NCBI GenBank assembly: GCA_002269645.1
Contig: NIVC01003826.1
Span: forward strand, 10,944-74,943
Source of the DNA: Macrostomum lignano
Taxonomy: Eukaryota
DNA length: 64,000 nt
Direction: 5' to 3'
Shown here: positions 59,120-64,000 of the stretch, piece after piece
Position numbering within the stretch: the stretch's first letter is position 1
Layout: each line of letters begins with the position of its first letter
Translations under genes and position numbers: made by a program
Notes under the pieces: generated by a model
Seen by the model: the letters and a program-made list of their open reading frames with translations, nothing else
The model's database searches: none
What the model was told of the DNA's origin: nothing

Positions 59120-60324
59120 TTTTAAATAGAAATTATTTTTTGTTAAACCGCGAAAGCAAAAGTTCTCTTGCTCTTTTATCGATATATTTCTCTCAAGCAT
59201 TTTGTCCAGGATGTTGACAAATTCTTTTCTATTCTCGTCTTTCATTCCGGTCTTTGCCGCTCCTAGAAGAACGCTAACCGCTTGTAGATTTCAGCATCCT
59301 TTTCCAGTTGAGGGCGGTTGGTCTTGAGGTTGTGGAGTTGGTTGGGCTTGTGGCTGCTGGGGAGGTGATGCAAAAGACTGCTCACTTTCAGAGACGGAAC
59401 TGTCATGTGGTGCCTGTCTTTGTTGAGGTGTGAAAACTCTTTGCTTGATTCTGTTCATTCGATCTGGAGAGTGTTGTTCTAAGTGTTGCCAATCTGTTGG
59501 GTTTTGTTTCTTATATTCAGCTACTTGAGTCGGATCTGCATTTTCCAGTTGCCTGAGTACTTCTGTGAAATGTTGCTGCTGCTGTGGTTGTGGTTGTTGT
59601 TGCTGTTGTTGTTGTTGTTCTAGATATTTTATGACTTCCGCCTGATCTGGCAAATCGAACCATTGTTTAAAGTGATTGTACTTTTTGAATCTAGTCAGGT
59701 TGACACCGTTATCATACATAAGTCTCAGGACTTCTGGGCCTTTAGTATTGCTATATCTCTAGCAAGAGCAAAAGTCACTAGATCTCTATAGTTCTTTAGC
59801 TGTTTGTCCGAGATTCTCTCTTGGTTCTTGGTCATAAAAGTCAGTAAGGTTTCTGTGAAAGGAATGCTCTTAGTTTCCGAGCCTTTGACAACAGAAATAT
59901 GTTTCTTATTTATGTCGATATAATATTCCACTGGTTCATTATAAATGTTTCTTCTCCACATACTTATTCCAAATACATATTTCCCATCATGTTCGACACG
60001 CTCTACTGGTCCAAAAATGTTATCTGTCACTTTTAGTTGTGATTGATGTGGTTGTGGTTGTTGTGGTTGCGGCTGTATCTGTGGTGCTTCTGGAATTTTG
60101 CCCAAAACCTTTTGCACTTGGGTTTCCTGTATGTCGTCGATAGTTTCTTTGACCTGATCAATATTTTTCTTAGCTTCTCCATACCCGGGTTTATGAAACT
60201 CTGTGGCTGCTTGGACAAACTCATTGTAGGATTGTTGCTCCTTATTTATTAGCCGGTAACTCGTTTCTCTGCTTGTGCTAGCTTCTCCAATTCAGATATC
60301 TGCTGTGTACTTTTTCCGCTTCAT
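59120..60324 (-). pseudogene. Frameshift-fragmented conserved Polinton protein with Gln/Pro-rich inserts
   Basis: ATG at 60324. Fragments 60117-59725, 59719-59291 and about 59270-59130 read as one protein (TDNIFG...FGIS; LKNYRDLV...RFKKY; VLLGAAKTG...EFVNILDKML). The 3' end is approximate. Confidence 0.55.
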
Positions 60325-60354
60325 TTCTTATTTTATTTTATTTTTAGTTAAAAA

Positions 60355-61636
60355 ATGAACGACCCACTGACACCAGTTTTCTACAAAATTAACAAGCCTA
60401 TTTTGAGTGATGATAGCACAATCAAAGCGACACAGTTAAGAGTTCCGAGTCACGAGAATCAGAATGAAACTAATTTGGTCCAGGTCAAACACTGACATTT
60501 ACATACAATGGATGTTCGTCTCTGGTTAGTGTGCACAGTCTTAAGAGCGGCTTCCATATGACATTTCAATTCAAGACAAAGGTGGTGCGGATGCGGCTCG
60601 TGCTAACGTTGACAAGCATGATGCGGATGTGGCTCTGATCAGTAACTTTTGGGCGTACATGTTCAAGGAGTTTAGTGTATCGAATGGGAGCACTGAGTTG
60701 GAGCGAATCGCCAACTTTGGAATTGTCTATGACGCTCATTGTTTGATCGAGAATCCTGATTTTATTCAGTTGGGAAGTGGTGCGGGTTTTATTGCAGAGA
60801 AAAAGAAGGAGATATCAATGACAGTGGCTATAAAAAAGGAAGAAGAGATACAACTATGCATTGCAAGGTGCTGATGATGCTGCTAAAAACCCGCTGTATC
60901 GGTCTGTTGATGTATTTGTACCATTGAGATTCATGAGTGGATTCTGTAATACATTTAATCGACTGACTAGTAACTTTAGCTACACATTTAGGATGACTAG
61001 AGATGATCGCAGTAGAGTGTTGTGGACTGGGGCGGACCACACAAGGATGGAGGTGAAGCTAACCGGAATCGAGCTGTATTTGGAAGTCATTGAGCCAAAG
61101 ACTGCACTAAAAGCAGACTATCTTAAGGCAATAGAGAAGGACATTGATGTTGCATACACAGCCTACATGTGTCGAGATGAGCGAAACGAAACTAGAACAA
61201 ACATCTGCATTAAAGAGGGATCATGCAGCAATCCAAGGTATATTATTATTAACATGAGAAACCCAAATAGCATTATACGCTACATGCATGGAGACGTGCG
61301 GTCCATTCAGCATGAAATCAGTGATAATCTTTACCCTGCACTGCCACAAAATGGAGATTTCAGTCAGAACAAGATTAGCAAATTTTATAGCGAGTTGGTC
61401 GACTTGGCTGTGAAAGAGAACAATGGAATTGCTATCACTGCTCTTCAATATGGAACTCTATATCCAATGTTTGGCGCTGATGTGTCTGCCAGACAAATGC
61501 CTACTGATAACAGCCCTGTGAATATCGTGACAACATTGAGAGGACTGTCGCAACACCCGTGGACTTGTACATTATCTATGCATTTGAGAGGAAGGTGAAG
61601 CTTAACATGATCAACAATTCATCCAGTAAAGTTTAA
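60355..61636 (+). pseudogene. Major capsid protein (double jelly-roll), frameshifted
   Basis: ATG at 60355 (ILSDDSTIK). Polinton MCP-like segments ALISNFWAYMF..NGSTELE, VPLRFMSGFC, NPRYIII, YPALPQNGDF, FGADVSARQ. Probable stop at 61636. Confidence 0.85.
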
Positions 61637-61659
61637 ATATTTTTTTTGTGGGTGAAAAA

Positions 61660-62520
61660 ATGGAAGCTATAGCCGAAAGACTAAACAATATTATTTCGCA
61701 CTCCAAGGAGAGCATTCCTATTACAATAACTGGGCGGATTAATGACTCAAACGGGATATTTGTTCAAAAATTAGAGCAGGCGATTAGCCTGGATCCAGGT
61801 GCTAATTACCATGTCTATCTTAACGACTTCACTGGTTGGTCAAACGTTCCCAATGTGACGGCAGCAAATAATAAGTTTTATTACAAATGGAAAGGTGCAG
61901 CAGCAGAACCTGTGGTATTCCTGTGAGCACGCAAAGTGTGGATACCTACAATTACTTTCTAGAAACGTCTTTACTAAAAGAGGCCATTTTGAGACACCTG
62001 ATATGAGTAAGCCAGAGAAGAAACTGTTCCCTGTTAAACTAACCTATGATCTCACTGTAATGAGAGTGGTCATGCAAGTTACAAAGATGCGGAGGTTGAG
62101 TTTAAAGATGACACTTGGTATAGGGAATTGGGATTCGTGAAGAAAGTTTATAAGGCAGAATCCACAGCGCGGACTGTCACTCAAGCATCGGGGGCCGTTA
62201 GCATGGCCCGGGAAAGTGTACGCGGTTTGTTCTTAGCACCCAATATAGCAGACATTGTAAAGGGTTTGAATATTCTAATCAGAACTAATCTCAGTCTTGA
62301 TTGGGTATTTAAGGGAAAGCGAACTAATATTTTGTACAACATCTCCAACTCTGTAGCTGGAGGACAGATGGTGGTAGAGAAACCAAATCCAGTGAAAAGA
62401 GTTGTATTGAGTAATAAGGAGATTCACGAGATTGTGCTTCAGTTTGAGACTGAAGATGGGATGGGCGTTGATTTTAATGGGGAAGAGTTTGTATTGACGT
62501 TAATCATTGAGAGAATGTGA
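61660..62520 (+). pseudogene. Minor capsid/penton protein (single jelly-roll), frameshifted
   Basis: ISLDP..YHVYLNDF..SNVPNV...NNKFYY; TNILYNI...GGQMVVEKP; GVDFNGEEFVLTLII. Confidence 0.82.
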
Positions 62521-62524
62521 GAAA

Positions 62525-62764
62525 TCACAATTGCCTAATGATTTCTGCAAAGTTATAGTAGCTGTCATAATCTTTTACATAGGTTACTCCATACTTATGA
62601 AACCAATGTCTTTGGAGAGCTTGATTAATATTAGGGACATTGATTTGAACGTCGGGCCAATATTTTCTCATGTATTCGCTGCATTCAAGTTTGCATCGGT
62701 ACTTACTCTTGTAATTAGGCTCGTGCGTTTTGTAATAAGAACCTGGAGAGACAACTGGAAACAT
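62525..62764 (-). CDS. Small Tyr-rich hypothetical protein
   Basis: Open frame from ATG at about 62764 (MFPVVSPGSYYKTH...), convergent with the penton gene. Confidence 0.4.
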   Translation of the reverse strand: MFPVVSPGSYYKTHEPNYKSKYRCKLECSEYMRKYWPDVQINVPNINQALQRHWFHKYGVTYVKDYDSYYNFAEIIRQL

Positions 62765-62970
62765 TTTTATTGAAAATTTAATTTTTTTCAAAGGGTAAGG
62801 ACCCTGCGCTGATGATTTAAAGTCTTAGGGATCTGGTTTCACGTTGCGGATTGAATGTGGGGAGAAGAATGCAGATTATTTTCTGATTGTTTCGAAGATG
62901 CTATGGGTGGATGTCAGTGGATTATGTCAGTGTCAGTGAGCATAACAGGTGTCCTACTGTTATGCTCTGA

Positions 62971-63975
62971 TTCTGTCAGGGATAATGCTCTGATTCTGTC
63001 AGGGATAATATGGATGGATTTAATGGAATTATGGAGGACGTTTTGTGAGCGAGTGCGACCCCCTTTTTTTCTGATTCTGTCAGGGATAATATGGATGGAT
63101 TTAATGGGATTATGGAGGACGTTTTTGGAGCAGGTGCGACCCCCTTTTTTTCTGATTCTGTCAGGGATAATATGGATGGATTTAATGGGATTATGGAGGA
63201 CGTTTTTGGAGCAGGTGCGCGACCCCCTTTTTTTCTGATTCTGTCAGGGATAATATGGATGGATTTAATGGGATTATGGAGGAGGTTTTGGAGCAGGTGC
63301 GACCCCCCTTTTTTTCTGATTCTGTCAGGGATAATATGGATGGATTTAATGGGATTATGGAGGACGTTTTTGGAGCAGGTGCGACCCCCTTTTTTTCTGA
63401 TTTGTCAGGGATAATATGGATGGATTTAATGGGATTATGGAGGAGGTTTTTGGAGCAGGTGCGACCCCTTTTTTTTCTGATTCTGTCAGGGATAATATAT
63501 GGATGGATTTAATGGGATTATGGAGGAGGTTTTTGGAGCAGGTGCGACCCCCCTTTTTTTCTGATTCTGTCAGGGATAAATGGATGGATTTAATGGGATT
63601 ATGGAGGACGTTTTTGGAGGCAGCGTGCGACCCCCCTTTTTTTTCTGATTCTGTCAGGGATAATATGGATGGATTTAATGGGATTATGGAGGAGGTTTTT
63701 GGAGCAGGTGCGACCCCCCTTTTTTTCTGATTCTGTCAGGGATAATATGGATGGATTTAATGGGATTATGGAGGACGTTTTTGGAGCAGGTGCGACCCCC
63801 CTTTTTTTCTGATTCTGTCAGGGATAATATGGATGGATTTAATGGATTATGGAGGACGTTTTTGGAGCAGGTGCGACCCCCTTTTTTCTGATTCTGTCAG
63901 GGATAATATGGATGGATTTAATGGATTATGGAGGAGGTGAAAAATTTTGTCCAGAAGCCCGCCATGCCTTCTACT
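62971..63975 (-). repeat. Right TIR (~1.0 kb) with about 12 copies of the 82-bp unit
   Basis: Reverse complement of the left TIR, including the same variant innermost unit (…GCACTCGCTCACAAAACG…AATTCC). Confidence 0.96.
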
Positions 63976-64000
63976 ATTGAGTCGTTTTTCGGGAAGATCG

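Larger units (their letters stand above)
45379..63975 (+). mobile_element. Complete Polinton/Maverick (adintovirus-like endogenous virus, element 2), 18,597 bp
   Basis: Termini AGTAGAAGGCATG...CATGCCTTCTACT, 6-bp TSD ATTGAG (45373-45378 and 63976-63981), long TIRs, and INT, pPolB, PRO, ATPase, MCP and mCP genes. Confidence 0.97.

Overview
Eukaryotic (metazoan) genomic DNA. GC-rich exons, minisatellite-filled introns and candidate trans-splice sites suggest a flatworm such as Macrostomum, but this is inference only. From left to right: (1) 1-5253, probably the terminal arm of a Polinton/Maverick, with an uninterrupted >574-codon protein-primed PolB N-terminal half running off the window (absent from the ORF track), a Cys/His-plus-coiled-coil ORF and an ...CTACTACT terminus. 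(2) Host DNA with minisatellites, a tRNA-derived SINE, a 3-exon ZIP metal transporter and a 5-exon mitochondrial DnaJ (DNAJA3-like); every intron carries its own tandem repeat. (3) A full-length but mutationally dead Ty3/Gypsy LTR retrotransposon, 23681-33891, with a CTAG TSD. (4) An NCS-like EF-hand gene, a compact Ser/Thr kinase and a possible tyrosine-recombinase remnant. (5) A second, complete 18.6-kb Polinton/adintovirus-like element, 45379-63975, with a 6-bp ATTGAG TSD. It encodes integrase, pPolB, adenain-like protease, packaging ATPase, major and minor capsid proteins, a parvovirus-type PLA2 and a spliced RING protein. Its inverted termini consist of 82-bp tandem arrays of very unequal length (about 40 vs 12 units). 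Most short ORFs in the track are repeat-derived or use non-ATG starts and are not genes.
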